DNA of 64,000 nucleotides from Candidatus Latescibacterota bacterium (GCA_965215195.1 CBDCDC010000001.1:384001-448000); one strand, 5' to 3'; positions 36,586 through 46,529 are shown, counted from the first letter of the stretch. Made by a program: numbers and translations. Notes: generated by a model from the letters alone, not told the origin.

Positions 36586-37070
36586 TCGCCCACTACATCG
36601 TCAGTGCCGAGCGCATCCGCCGCGAATTAGAAGAGCTCGAACAGGTTGTGACGCGAGTTCGCCGAGCTGTGGAGGCCACCGAAGGAGACTCGGTGGATAG
36701 CGACCTCTATTGGGACGCGATCGCGCTCAACCTGCACGATTTCTACACGGGCGTAGAGCGCCTTCTGCGCCATATCGCCGCCCAAGTAGATGGACACCTA
36801 CCCGAAGGCAGCGAATGGCATCGAGAGTTGCTGCGGCAAATGGCCACCCAGCTACCGCGAATTCGGCCGGCCGTGTTTTCTAACGCGACCATCAAGCGCT
36901 TGGACGAATATCTGCGCTTCCGCCACGTGGTGCGCAACGTCTATGCCTTTGCGCTCGACCCGCAGCGCATAAGGCCCTTGGTCGAAGCGCTAGAAGGCGA
37001 CTTCGCCCAAGTCAAGGATGAGCTAGCGATCTTTATCGACTTTCTCGCAGGATTGGCCGACGCCGACTAG
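36582..37070 (+). CDS. HEPN-domain (HepT-like) toxin
   Basis: GTGA overlap with the MNT gene. LHDFYTGVE, WHRELL and FRHVVRNVY motifs. Confidence 0.82.
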   Translation: MIAHYIVSAERIRRELEELEQVVTRVRRAVEATEGDSVDSDLYWDAIALNLHDFYTGVERLLRHIAAQVDGHLPEGSEWHRELLRQMATQLPRIRPAVFSNATIKRLDEYLRFRHVVRNVYAFALDPQRIRPLVEALEGDFAQVKDELAIFIDFLAGLADAD

Positions 37071-37081
37071 CTCCTCGTCCA

Positions 37082-38446
37082 ATGAACGATCCCACGCCCC
37101 CAGCCCTACTCTACGCCAAGGTCGCCCTGCCCCCGGCGTTCACCCGTCCCGACGCAAGCGGCCGGCCGGTAGGCGGCGACCTCCGCATCGGCGACCTGAC
37201 TGGAGACGGGCAGGTCGATTTCCTCGTGTACAATGCCTTGGGGGGCATCAAACCCTGCTTTCTAGGGGCCTTTTCGCTCGCCGGCGAGCCGCTCTGGACG
37301 GTGGGGAGTCGGGATTTTACGGCTCTCGACGCGGACGCACCGGGACGCCTCACCGCGATTTCTCCCGACCGCCCGGGGCCGGTAGCCATCTGCGACATAG
37401 ACCAAGACGGGCGGCAAGAGGTCCTCTGCTTCCTCGTCGATCCCCGCGTGAAGCGCACCAGCAAATGGAACCTCGCAGACGTTCACATCGCCATCCTCGA
37501 CGGGCGCACAGGTGCGGTCAAACGCTGGGCCGCGCCCGAGGAACTAGCCCGCTGCAACGCCTGCGCGGACGGAGAAATGCACGTCCCCAACTACGTGCAT
37601 CAGCGGCTGCTAATCGCCAACTTCTCCGGGCACGACCAGCCGCGCGATTTTGTCGTCAAGCTGGGCAGCGATGTCCTCGCGTTCAACGACCGGCTCGAAG
37701 TGCTGTGGCACTATCGCAGCAAGTGGCATCGCTATCCGCAGCACGCGGCGTACATTCCGGCTGTCGGCGACCTGGATGGCGATGGGCGCGACGAGGTCAA
37801 CGGCGGGCACTTCGGCCTCGACCACGACGGGCGCGTCTTGTGGGAAACCTTTTTGGGCGACCATGCCGACAGCGCATTGGTGGACCAATGGGGAACGGGG
37901 CCAGCGGCCATGGTCTCGGGCGGCGGCCAAGTGCTCGACCAAAGCGGACGACGCCTACTGCACTTGGGGGCGGACGTGGTGCCGCACGGGCAGGAAGTGC
38001 GCTGCGGCAACTTGCGGCCCGAGCTAGCGGGCCGCGAATTGGCCCTACGCTACAACGGGCACCATGCCGACGTGATGATCGTCGCGCACAGCGGCGCAGT
38101 GCTCAGCCGCTTTCGGGTAGATGAGTCGCCGAACAACACCGGGCTAGAAATCGTGCGCTGGAATGGGCCGGAACAAGGGGATTTGCTGTACAGTCCGGCC
38201 GCCCTCTTCAACGGTCGCGGCCACAAGGTCGCAACCTTCCCGGGGCTACCCGCGCCGACCGGGGGCAAGATGGGATGGTATCACTGCTTTCCGGCCGATG
38301 TGTGCGGCGACGAGCGCGAGGAAGTGGTGCTCTACGATCCATATAGCGATGCCGTGTACATCTACACGCCCGCGCCGCTCGACGAGAGCCGGTTTGGCCG
38401 CTACCACCACGGCCCGCGCCAGTACAACGCACGCCTCCTCAATTGA
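37082..38446 (+). CDS. FG-GAP/beta-propeller protein (rhamnogalacturonan lyase-like fold)
   Basis: Repeated Ca-loop motifs GDLTGDGQVD, DIDQDGRQE, GDLDGDGRDE and ADVCGDEREE. Confidence 0.6.
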   Translation: MNDPTPPALLYAKVALPPAFTRPDASGRPVGGDLRIGDLTGDGQVDFLVYNALGGIKPCFLGAFSLAGEPLWTVGSRDFTALDADAPGRLTAISPDRPGPVAICDIDQDGRQEVLCFLVDPRVKRTSKWNLADVHIAILDGRTGAVKRWAAPEELARCNACADGEMHVPNYVHQRLLIANFSGHDQPRDFVVKLGSDVLAFNDRLEVLWHYRSKWHRYPQHAAYIPAVGDLDGDGRDEVNGGHFGLDHDGRVLWETFLGDHADSALVDQWGTGPAAMVSGGGQVLDQSGRRLLHLGADVVPHGQEVRCGNLRPELAGRELALRYNGHHADVMIVAHSGAVLSRFRVDESPNNTGLEIVRWNGPEQGDLLYSPAALFNGRGHKVATFPGLPAPTGGKMGWYHCFPADVCGDEREEVVLYDPYSDAVYIYTPAPLDESRFGRYHHGPRQYNARLLN

Positions 38447-38458
38447 ATACGGTCCATC

Positions 38459-39709
38459 ATGGTCGACAAATTCCTAATCGCATCCATTGACTGCTGGCGC
38501 TACGACGCCCTGAGCCGGACGAACCCGCGCTTTAACACGCCCAAATTCGATCTGCTGACGCGGGATTACGCCTTTGCTGAGCACTACTTTGTCACCGCGC
38601 CGGCCACCCGCCCTTCGCATACCTCGCTGTTCACCGGGCTGTACCCTTTTGAGCACGGGCTTTTTGGGCAGACCTACTTGAAGATGTTCGCGGACGTGGT
38701 CAACCTGTTCGACGTTTTTGCCGCGGCCGGGTACAAGGTGCGGGGATTTTCCGAGCGGCCGGACGTATTCCGCTTCCTCGACTTCGCGCCTTTTATCGGG
38801 CCAGTCGATCCGGCAGCCACCCAGCAGCACCTAGGGTCGCTTGAACGCTTGTGCGCCGCGCTGATTGAGCCGAGCGGGCCGCAGTTTAAGTTCCTCCACT
38901 TTTGGTACACGCACGGCGGCTATGGCTTGAGCGACGTACCCCATCGGCCCGATTTGCGGCAGCTAGTGGCGGCTGGGCAGGTGGAGGAGGCTCTGCGCTA
39001 CTACGAAGCGGCGGTGACGCACGTACTGGAGTTTTCCCTCGTCGAGCTGCTCAAGCGCATCGACCTCAGCGAGTGGGCGGTCTTTATCTGCGGCGATCAC
39101 GGCGAGGGGTTTTGTGGGGAGGTTATGGCGCATGGCGACCGGCTGCATCCCAACGTGGTTCACGTGCCCATGTTAGCGCACATACCGGGCGGGTTTTCCT
39201 TTCCACGCGACGAGGCCGTCTCCGCCATCGACCTCTTTCCGACCATCGCGGCCTTGGCCGACCTGCCCGTTGACTACCGAGGATTCGGCCAGAACTGGCT
39301 GGAGCCGAGCGCGGCCTTGGCCGAGCGTTGGGTACTATCTGAGCTAGACAGCCTGTACGGGATTGGTTTTCTCAACGCCGACAACCTGCATTTGCCCGAG
39401 GAACGCATCACATCGCCTACGGCTATCGACGGCGAGGACATGGTGCGCTGTGCCGAGGGCATCCGCGAGTGGTGCCTGTGCGATGGGCGGCATTTCTACC
39501 GCGAGAACGAACAGACGGGCGCCTACGTCCTGCGCGGCCTGCGCTGCGGCGACAGCGATTTGGTTTGCGCGGAGCCATCGTTCTACCGCTCGCAATATCG
39601 CGCCTTGCGCGAGCGCTCCGCCCATCAGCAGATGCAGGCTCAAAGTGCGGCGGCCGGCGAGGCCGCGATCCTCAAAAAACGCCTGCGCGCCCTCGGGTAC
39701 TTAGATTGA
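38459..39709 (+). CDS. Sulfatase-like hydrolase/transferase with a Thr nucleophile
   Basis: SIDCWRYD, TRPSHTSLFTG, GDHGE..HG and the terminal RLRALGYLD. Confidence 0.8.
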   Translation: MVDKFLIASIDCWRYDALSRTNPRFNTPKFDLLTRDYAFAEHYFVTAPATRPSHTSLFTGLYPFEHGLFGQTYLKMFADVVNLFDVFAAAGYKVRGFSERPDVFRFLDFAPFIGPVDPAATQQHLGSLERLCAALIEPSGPQFKFLHFWYTHGGYGLSDVPHRPDLRQLVAAGQVEEALRYYEAAVTHVLEFSLVELLKRIDLSEWAVFICGDHGEGFCGEVMAHGDRLHPNVVHVPMLAHIPGGFSFPRDEAVSAIDLFPTIAALADLPVDYRGFGQNWLEPSAALAERWVLSELDSLYGIGFLNADNLHLPEERITSPTAIDGEDMVRCAEGIREWCLCDGRHFYRENEQTGAYVLRGLRCGDSDLVCAEPSFYRSQYRALRERSAHQQMQAQSAAAGEAAILKKRLRALGYLD

Positions 39710-40776
39710 TTGCTTTTGTCTTGTTGCTCGTCTTGGCCGGGTGCGGCGAGGATGCAGGCGTGGCTAGCACCTCAAACGGCGACTGTGCAGGTACTGTTCT
39801 GCCGGGCAACCGCATCGTGCGCTCGCGCGAAGACGCGGATGCGCTGGACAAGGAGGGGGGGTGCAATTACACCATTGCTGGCGACCTTGAAATTACGCGC
39901 CTGAACCTCGCCCTTTTTGACGGCTTGGACCAACTCAGCGCGGTAGATGGCAACCTCACTATCCACGACAACGACGAACTCAAAAACTTTGAGGGGCTGA
40001 ACAACCTCGCCTCCGTGGGCGGGGATGTCGCCATCCACCACAACGACGCCCTCGTCGATCTCAAGGGGCTGTCCTTCCTCCACACAATCGGCGGGCACTT
40101 CAGCGTCTCCCACAACGACAAGCTGACCGCCGTAGATGGCCTAATCAAACTCAACGCGGTCGCCGGCAACGTGTGCATCGACAACAACAACCAATTGACC
40201 GATGTCGATGGCCTGTTCGGCCTCGCCGAGGTCGGCGGCAGCTTCATCATCGCGTTTAACCCCTCTCTCAAACTCATAGAGGACCTTTCGAATCTCAGCC
40301 GCGTCGGCCGCGACCTCGTCGTCGAGGACAACTTGGCCCTCGTCGCGCTAGAAGATGTATCGTCTCTAAAGGAAGTTGGCGGCAGCTTGCGCATTGGACG
40401 CAATGCCGCGTTGGACGTGGTCGAGGATGTATCCAGCCTAACGCGCGTCGGCCAAGACCTGAGCATTTACAGCAACCCGCGACTGACAAGTCTCGCCGGG
40501 CTGGCGAGCCTCAGCCGCGTCGGCGGCCATCTCAACCTCTACAACAACGAAAAACTTTCTACTTTAGCGGGATTGGCAAGCCTCGAGCAGGTCGCTCAAG
40601 ACCTCAACATCTACGACAACGAAAAACTGACGAGTCTCGCTGGGCTGGCCCAGCTCGTCGGCATTGGGGGCAACGTGCTCATCGTCGAAAACGGCAACTT
40701 ACCTACGAGCGAGGCCCAAGCCCTAGCCGAGCGGGCCGCAACAGGCGAGGTATCCATCGCCAACAACGCGGATTAG
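39706..40776 (+). CDS. Receptor L-domain repeat lipoprotein
   Basis: TTGA overlap with the upstream stop, lipobox LAGC, and about 11 repeats of ~25 aa (LxxLxxVGGxLxIxxNxxL). Confidence 0.8.
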   Translation: MIAFVLLLVLAGCGEDAGVASTSNGDCAGTVLPGNRIVRSREDADALDKEGGCNYTIAGDLEITRLNLALFDGLDQLSAVDGNLTIHDNDELKNFEGLNNLASVGGDVAIHHNDALVDLKGLSFLHTIGGHFSVSHNDKLTAVDGLIKLNAVAGNVCIDNNNQLTDVDGLFGLAEVGGSFIIAFNPSLKLIEDLSNLSRVGRDLVVEDNLALVALEDVSSLKEVGGSLRIGRNAALDVVEDVSSLTRVGQDLSIYSNPRLTSLAGLASLSRVGGHLNLYNNEKLSTLAGLASLEQVAQDLNIYDNEKLTSLAGLAQLVGIGGNVLIVENGNLPTSEAQALAERAATGEVSIANNAD

Positions 40777-41519
40777 CCACCAGCCATCCCCGTAATAACC
40801 TGCTCCACCGCGGCAACGGTCGTCTCCTTGGGGTCGATGTCGGAGGCGACGACGCGGCCTTGGCGCAGCACCACGATTCGGTCCACCACCTCAAAGACGT
40901 GGTGGATGTTGTGCGCGATGAAAATGCAGGAGTGGCCCGAGTCGCGGGCATTGCGGACAAAGCGCAAGACGCCTTGGGTCTCGGCGACGCCTAGGTTGTT
41001 GGTCGGCTCGTCGAGAATGATTAGCTCGCTGTCGAAGTGCATGGCCCGCGCAATGGCCACGGATTGACGCTCTCCGCCCGACAACGCGCCGATGGGCGTC
41101 GTCGGGGGAATGTCCTTTTCAATGCCCACCTGCTTGAGCAAGGCACGGGCCACATTCGCCATGGCCTCTTGGTCCATGCGCCCTAAAAACGCCGGGCCTT
41201 TCAGGGGTTCGCGGCCCAAGAAAAAGTTCCGCGCAATGGACAATTCCGCGACGAGGGCCGAGTCCTGATAGATGGTTTCAATGCCGTAGGTAATGGCGTC
41301 GGCTGTGCTCTTTATGTCGGCTCTTGCGCCGCGAATGAAGATGGCGCCGCTGCTGGCTGGGACGGCTCCAGAGAGAATTTTGATCAGGGTGGATTTACCG
41401 GCCCCATTGTCGCCGAGCAAGCCGACGATCTCGCGCTCGCCGACCGTCAAGTGGACGTTTTCGAGGGCGCGCACCCTGCCGTAGAACTTGTTGATGTTTT
41501 CCATCTGCACCAGTGCCAT
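40773..41519 (-). CDS. Sugar ABC transporter ATP-binding protein
   Basis: GDNGAGKS, LSGGERQ and LDEPT motifs. Start 41519 or 41525. Confidence 0.92.
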   Translation of the reverse strand: MALVQMENINKFYGRVRALENVHLTVGEREIVGLLGDNGAGKSTLIKILSGAVPASSGAIFIRGARADIKSTADAITYGIETIYQDSALVAELSIARNFFLGREPLKGPAFLGRMDQEAMANVARALLKQVGIEKDIPPTTPIGALSGGERQSVAIARAMHFDSELIILDEPTNNLGVAETQGVLRFVRNARDSGHSCIFIAHNIHHVFEVVDRIVVLRQGRVVASDIDPKETTVAAVEQVITGMAGG

Positions 41520-41797
41520 TGTCATCGCCTAGTCCTATTTTTTGTGGGCAGTGGCTTTTGGTTTCGCTACAATTTCGTCAATGCCGCCACGGCCAAACCG
41601 GCCATAGAAAGCATCATCAGCGTATAAAATTGCTTGTCGGCCCGCGCCCGTTGGTCTCGTACCGCCGCCCCGAATGCTCAGCAATGCCCTCCAACCTGCT
41701 GAGCCGTTCAGCATGACTTACCAGTAAAGCATCCGTGGATTCCATGACCTTCGTCGCGTCCGCGCCGAAAGGGTACGCAGGTATTTTCATAAAAAGG

Positions 41798-43966
41798 TCA
41801 ATCGCCCCTGATGAAGTCCGCGATGGCGCGGGCTTCCGCTGGGGTGATAGACAACGACGCCTTGAAGGTGCCCGGGGCAAACTGCTTGGGATTCGTGAGG
41901 AACCGTTCCAAGCGGGTCGGCGTCCACGCCATGTCCAGCGACTTGAGTGCGTCTGAGAACAGGTAGCCGCTAACCGAGCCGATGCGCCGACCCAGCACAC
42001 CGACGAGATGCGGACCAAGGCCGTGCTCCTCGGCACTCAGGCTATGACAACCGCTGCAATGCGCACCGTATAGCTGAGCGCCGCTAGCCGCGACCGCACC
42101 CACTGCATCCGTAGGATCAATCCCCGATCCGCAGTCGATCGCATAGACGCGGCGTTCCTTCTTAGACTCACCGTCGCAGTAGGCGTAGTAGGATCGGCTC
42201 AGGAAATGGACCCTTCCCCCATCGGCCAATAGCGCGATACGGCTGTCCGGCATTTGCGCGAGATCCCGTATCCGGTAGCCCAAATGGATGCGTTCGACGT
42301 ATTGCACGTCCGCACCGTCGCGGCGGACTCGAAAGAGCGAGTGGCTCCTAAGCGAACCGATCAACAGATCGTCTCCCCACAGCGGGAACAAGCGCTCGTC
42401 ATTTACGACGATGCTGGAGATGCCGATTGACGGCACCCAAGCGAAAACGGGCTTTGCGAAGCCCTCGTGCCGGCCTACCTCTTCGGCGCGGGGCACGTTG
42501 ACCTTTCCTCCATACTCAACGCCATAACTAACCAACGGCCAACCGTAATTGCCGCCCGCTTCCAGCCCGTTGAGTTCATCGCCGCCCTGCGGTCCGTGCT
42601 CGGTTTCCCACAAGGTGCCGTCCTCGTCCCGGGCGAACCCCTGCGGATTGCGAAGGCCGACGGCCAGCGTCTCCGCGGTGCCGGTCTCGATTTCGATGCG
42701 GACGAGCTTGCCCAAGTGCGAGTCCGAGGCTTGAGCAAACTTACCACTACTGTGATAATGTCCTATAACGACCAACAAGTGATCGGGCCCGTCCGTCAAC
42801 ATCCTTCCTGCCGCTTGGTTTAGATCGGAACTGTCGATTGGCAGGCAAGGTTCCGCGTCGAATATCGTTCTCCACGCCGACGATACCGAAACGCTCGCTC
42901 CTTGTTGCAGCAGCGTCGTAGATGACAACCTGAACCGGATGCACGTGCCGGTGAAATAGTGATGCGTCACAAACAGTTCATAACGCCCCGCCGAATGCTG
43001 TTTCAACAAAATGTCGGTAACGCAAAACAGAGGTAAGCGGAAATTTGCTTTGTCCGGGTACGCTAGGTATTCCGCCACATTCATCGGAACTCTCCCCTCG
43101 AGATAGGCCACCTCTCCGTTTGGGCGCACCAGCGCGATCCGTCCCCACGGCGTTGCGACGAGCAAGTCGTTGGACAGAGGCGCGATGGCACCGCTGCGCA
43201 AGCGCTCCCATCTGAGACTGACCGACGCCGATTGCAGAGCATATAAGTGCGTCGTGAGCACCGTATCTGCTGCCAAGGCTTCTGCACCGGCAGCACGTGC
43301 CGCGACGACGCCCAACACCGCTGTTGCGGAGTACGACACGCCCTCTTTGTCGTAATCCACCTGAACCGACACGCGCTTTCCTTGCATGTCGCCCTGCATT
43401 AAGTACACGTAAGTCGGTAAACTTTGCGGCAGCACCTTGCACCCGGACCCGTCGGCGTTGCAAATAGACCAATGCCACGGCGACCTGTTCGCAAATGGAT
43501 GCTGGCTGGCCAAGCTCACAAATATGGCTTCTCCTACAAAATATGGGGGCTGGGAACTTGTAATCGCGTCGGCCGGAGCTGCTTGGAGCTCGGGCGCTGT
43601 TATTGAGACGATGCGCGACCACTCGGAGTGCCCGTGGGCGTTGACCGCAGCAACCCGAACCTCATACGGCATCCCGCTCATCGCATACATATCCGCGATG
43701 GTGTAGGGCGAGGAGGGCGTCGGGTATTCGCGCCATGCGAGGGCAAGTCCGTTTTTCAGTCTGACGGCAATCGCGTAACTCGTCGCGCCGGGGACCGCGT
43801 TCCAAGCGGCGGTAATTCGTCTGTTGGAGGCACTAACGGCGACTCCGGTTGGCGCACCGAGCGTAGGTAACTCAATGCCGGCGTCGTCGTTGGAATAGCA
43901 TGGAGCGGATGCCAGCAAGAGAGCAATCCAAAATCCGGAGAATTTTCGGGGGAGGGGGGATAACAT
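41798..43966 (-). CDS. Secreted FN3 + Ig-like + PQQ glucose/sorbosone dehydrogenase + cytochrome c fusion
   Basis: Signal peptide, FN3 (WNAVPGATSY...YEVRVAAVN), GLRNPQG, EHGPQGGDELN, NYGWP and C-terminal CSGCH. Confidence 0.85.
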   Translation of the reverse strand: MLSPLPRKFSGFWIALLLASAPCYSNDDAGIELPTLGAPTGVAVSASNRRITAAWNAVPGATSYAIAVRLKNGLALAWREYPTPSSPYTIADMYAMSGMPYEVRVAAVNAHGHSEWSRIVSITAPELQAAPADAITSSQPPYFVGEAIFVSLASQHPFANRSPWHWSICNADGSGCKVLPQSLPTYVYLMQGDMQGKRVSVQVDYDKEGVSYSATAVLGVVAARAAGAEALAADTVLTTHLYALQSASVSLRWERLRSGAIAPLSNDLLVATPWGRIALVRPNGEVAYLEGRVPMNVAEYLAYPDKANFRLPLFCVTDILLKQHSAGRYELFVTHHYFTGTCIRFRLSSTTLLQQGASVSVSSAWRTIFDAEPCLPIDSSDLNQAAGRMLTDGPDHLLVVIGHYHSSGKFAQASDSHLGKLVRIEIETGTAETLAVGLRNPQGFARDEDGTLWETEHGPQGGDELNGLEAGGNYGWPLVSYGVEYGGKVNVPRAEEVGRHEGFAKPVFAWVPSIGISSIVVNDERLFPLWGDDLLIGSLRSHSLFRVRRDGADVQYVERIHLGYRIRDLAQMPDSRIALLADGGRVHFLSRSYYAYCDGESKKERRVYAIDCGSGIDPTDAVGAVAASGAQLYGAHCSGCHSLSAEEHGLGPHLVGVLGRRIGSVSGYLFSDALKSLDMAWTPTRLERFLTNPKQFAPGTFKASLSITPAEARAIADFIRGD

Positions 43967-43985
43967 ATTGTTTTTTAACGACTTA

Positions 43986-44007
43986 TGACAAGTATCTAAC
44001 ATTGTCA
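43986..44007. promoter_or_regulatory. Palindrome TGACAA-N10-TTGTCA overlapping a minus-strand TTGACA upstream of the dehydrogenase fusion
   Basis: Read directly. It lies in an AT-rich intergenic stretch 20 bp before ATG 43966. Confidence 0.4.
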
Positions 44008-44128
44008 ATCCAAAGATAAAGAGGTCCAACCGGGTTGTGCCATGGTGCTTGGCAGGCATTCGCTACGAGGATGGACCTAAAGGTAAAAACGAGCCTACCC
44101 CCGTCAACCAAAGTCGCTCGTCCATCGT

Positions 44129-45109
44129 CTAGCGCCTTTCCTGCTGCCGGCGCTCCACCCACGAATGCAGGGCCATCATTCCCAAGATGATCGCGCCGAT
44201 GAAAATGTTGTACGCCAGTCCAGGCACGCCGATGAGCACGATGCCGTTGCGCATCAGGCGCAAGATGAACACGCCGAGCACCGTGCCGAGGATGGTGCCG
44301 CGCCCGCCCGTCAGGGCCGTCCCGCCAATTACGACCATGGCGATGACCTCCAGCTCGTAGCCCGTGCCGCTGTTGGGATTGGCCGCGGCCGTGCGAATGG
44401 AGCTGATGATGCCGGCGAAACCCGCCACGACGGCCGAGAGGACAAACAGCTTGACCTTGGTGCGCTCTACGGCCACGCCGCGGGCGCGGGCAGCCTCGGC
44501 ATTGCCGCCGGCGGCTTGGAGCCAGTTCCCCATCTTGGTCTGCGTCAGCAAATAGCCGAGCAACAGCGCAGCCGCTACAAACCAAAACAGCGACATGTAC
44601 ACGCGCAGGCCGGCCACCTTGAAATCCCCGACCAGCACCTCGGCGAGCAGGAGATCCGCAGCGTCCCAAGTCCGCTGCGGAAACCCGCTCGTCACCACGA
44701 GGGCGCTGCCCCGCACGACCAGCAGCATGCCGAGCGTCACCAAGAACGAGGGAATCCGCAAGCGCGTGACGAACAGGCCGCTGCACAGGCCGAGGGCCGC
44801 AGCCGTGCCCAAGGCGAGGACAAAGCCGACCTCAATGGACGTGGCCCCGGTGTTGTACAGGGTCCACATGAGCACCGGGCAAAACCCGAACAGCGAGCCG
44901 ACCGAAAGGTCGAATTCGCCGGCCGTCATCAGCAGGGTCATGGCCAGCGCGATCAGCCCCAGCTCTACCGTGAAGGCCAGCATGTTGCCGATGTTGCGCG
45001 GCGATATAAACGCCGGATTGATCTGCGAGAAGACGAAAACCATCGCGACCAGCAGGACGAACGGGCCAAACTCTGGCCTCGACAGGATGCGCTGTACGGC
45101 CGCGTTCAT
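44129..45109 (-). CDS. Sugar ABC transporter permease (RbsC-like)
   Basis: GEFDLSVG, IPSFLVTLG, GGN.EAARARG and VIGGT.L.GG.G motifs. Confidence 0.92.
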   Translation of the reverse strand: MNAAVQRILSRPEFGPFVLLVAMVFVFSQINPAFISPRNIGNMLAFTVELGLIALAMTLLMTAGEFDLSVGSLFGFCPVLMWTLYNTGATSIEVGFVLALGTAAALGLCSGLFVTRLRIPSFLVTLGMLLVVRGSALVVTSGFPQRTWDAADLLLAEVLVGDFKVAGLRVYMSLFWFVAAALLLGYLLTQTKMGNWLQAAGGNAEAARARGVAVERTKVKLFVLSAVVAGFAGIISSIRTAAANPNSGTGYELEVIAMVVIGGTALTGGRGTILGTVLGVFILRLMRNGIVLIGVPGLAYNIFIGAIILGMMALHSWVERRQQERR

Positions 45110-46039
45110 CTATTTGCCCGACAGGATGTCGTCGTATAGCTGGGCCTTGTCGGCCTCGTAGAGCGCACCCGTAATGACGTCGAAACCGGGCGGAATGCCG
45201 CTGGCGGCCATGGCGGCCAACGACAGGGCCATGTAACTGATCGCTAGCGGGTCTTGCCACATGGCCGCGTTGACGTAGCCGCTGAGGACTTCCCGAGTGG
45301 TGTCGAGCGAGTTGCCCCAGCCGACGACGGGAATGTCGCCGGGGGCGAAACCGGCTTGGTCAAAGACGCGCTTGATGCTGCCGGTTACTAAGTCGCCGAG
45401 GCCGATGATCGCGTCGATGTTGTCGCCGTTGGCCGTCATGTAGTCAACCATGCGGGCGATGACTTCGGCCTGATCGAGCGTCGCGTCGGTGACTTCCCAA
45501 GTGATGCCCAGCGGCTCAAAGACGCTGGCGACGCCCTGCTCCTCTTGGACCCCATAGGTCGCGCCCGGCACTTCCACCGGCATCCACACGAAGTCGCCGG
45601 ATTCGACCAAGCCCTTGTCAACCAAGTACTGCGCCCACTGCCGACCAACCGCTACTAGGTCGCCGCCCACATAGGCGTCAAAACTGGCGGTGGGGTCGGG
45701 CGTGTTCATGTTGATGATGGGTATATTGGCTTCGTTGGCTTCGTTGGCCACCTGCACCAAGCTGCCCGGGTCCGGGCTGCTGGTGACGATGCCATCGGCA
45801 CCGGTGGCAATGGCGGCGCGCACGGCCTCCTGATGAGAAGCCACGTCGCCGTTGTGGAAGGACGTGTTGACCTCGTGGCCGGTATCTTGGCTCCACTGTT
45901 GCGCCCCGGCCAGGAAATACGTCCACACCGGGTCGGCGGGCGAGCCGTGCGAAATCCAGTAAAAGGTCTTGGCTTCGGCCAAGGGCGCACTCAGGGCCAA
46001 CAGCGCACTGGCAAGCGCAACAATCCTCGTCTTAAACAT
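45110..46039 (-). CDS. Sugar ABC transporter substrate-binding protein
   Basis: Signal peptide and periplasmic binding protein type 1 motifs (ADGIV, IPII..N, YVG, WQDP). Confidence 0.88.
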   Translation of the reverse strand: MFKTRIVALASALLALSAPLAEAKTFYWISHGSPADPVWTYFLAGAQQWSQDTGHEVNTSFHNGDVASHQEAVRAAIATGADGIVTSSPDPGSLVQVANEANEANIPIINMNTPDPTASFDAYVGGDLVAVGRQWAQYLVDKGLVESGDFVWMPVEVPGATYGVQEEQGVASVFEPLGITWEVTDATLDQAEVIARMVDYMTANGDNIDAIIGLGDLVTGSIKRVFDQAGFAPGDIPVVGWGNSLDTTREVLSGYVNAAMWQDPLAISYMALSLAAMAASGIPPGFDVITGALYEADKAQLYDDILSGK

Positions 46040-46069
46040 CGGCGTTCCTCTCTATCATTAAATGTATGC

Positions 46070-46131
46070 TCGGCAGCGATGCGCTGAGCGAGTTCTCGCT
46101 TGATGTGGGCTAGAGCGCGATCAGCCAACAC
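46070..46131 (-). pseudogene. 5' stub of the HEPN partner gene
   Basis: A GTG at 46131 overlapping the MNT end encodes VLADRALAHIKRELAQ and then runs into the SBP leader region. Confidence 0.4.
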
Positions 46132-46489
46132 GGACCATCGCCGCTTCGCGTACGAGAAAAGATGCCAAGTCTGGATCGGCATCCAAGTCAATCAAATCGG
46201 CGGAACGACGCAGTGCGATGAGCAGCCTCCCCTGCAATTTGAAGAACAGTTTCGCCGGACAGCCGCGGACGGCAAAGTCAATGTCGGAATCGGGCTGGAC
46301 GCGGCCCTCAGCTATTGAGCCGAACACGTACACCTGCTGACAACCCGCTTCTTTGAGGATCGCTACTCCACGGGCCACGTCGCGCCGAATGCCGTCTGGA
46401 ACATCCTGCAAGTGTTCCAATCGAGCGAAACGGTCGTTTACCTGTCCGGAGTCGACGCGCCTGCCGGGGTCGGGGGTAGTTTCATTCAC
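46121..46489 (-). CDS. Minimal nucleotidyltransferase (MNT), orphan
   Basis: VFGSIA...DSDIDFAV...ADLIDLD motifs. Start uncertain. Confidence 0.85.
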   Translation of the reverse strand: MNETTPDPGRRVDSGQVNDRFARLEHLQDVPDGIRRDVARGVAILKEAGCQQVYVFGSIAEGRVQPDSDIDFAVRGCPAKLFFKLQGRLLIALRRSADLIDLDADPDLASFLVREAAMVRVG

Positions 46490-46512
46490 AATTGAAATCT
46501 CTTTTGTGACAT

Positions 46513-46529
46513 TTGACTGACCGAGTCAA
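46513..46529. promoter_or_regulatory. Palindrome TTGACT-N5-AGTCAA upstream of the MNT gene (possible operator or -35 element)
   Basis: Perfect 6-bp inverted repeat. Confidence 0.4.

Noticed and set aside
41617-41790. Short minus-strand ORF containing HAERLSRLEG (possible coiled-coil gene remnant)
   Set aside because: Too short and degenerate to support without a database search.
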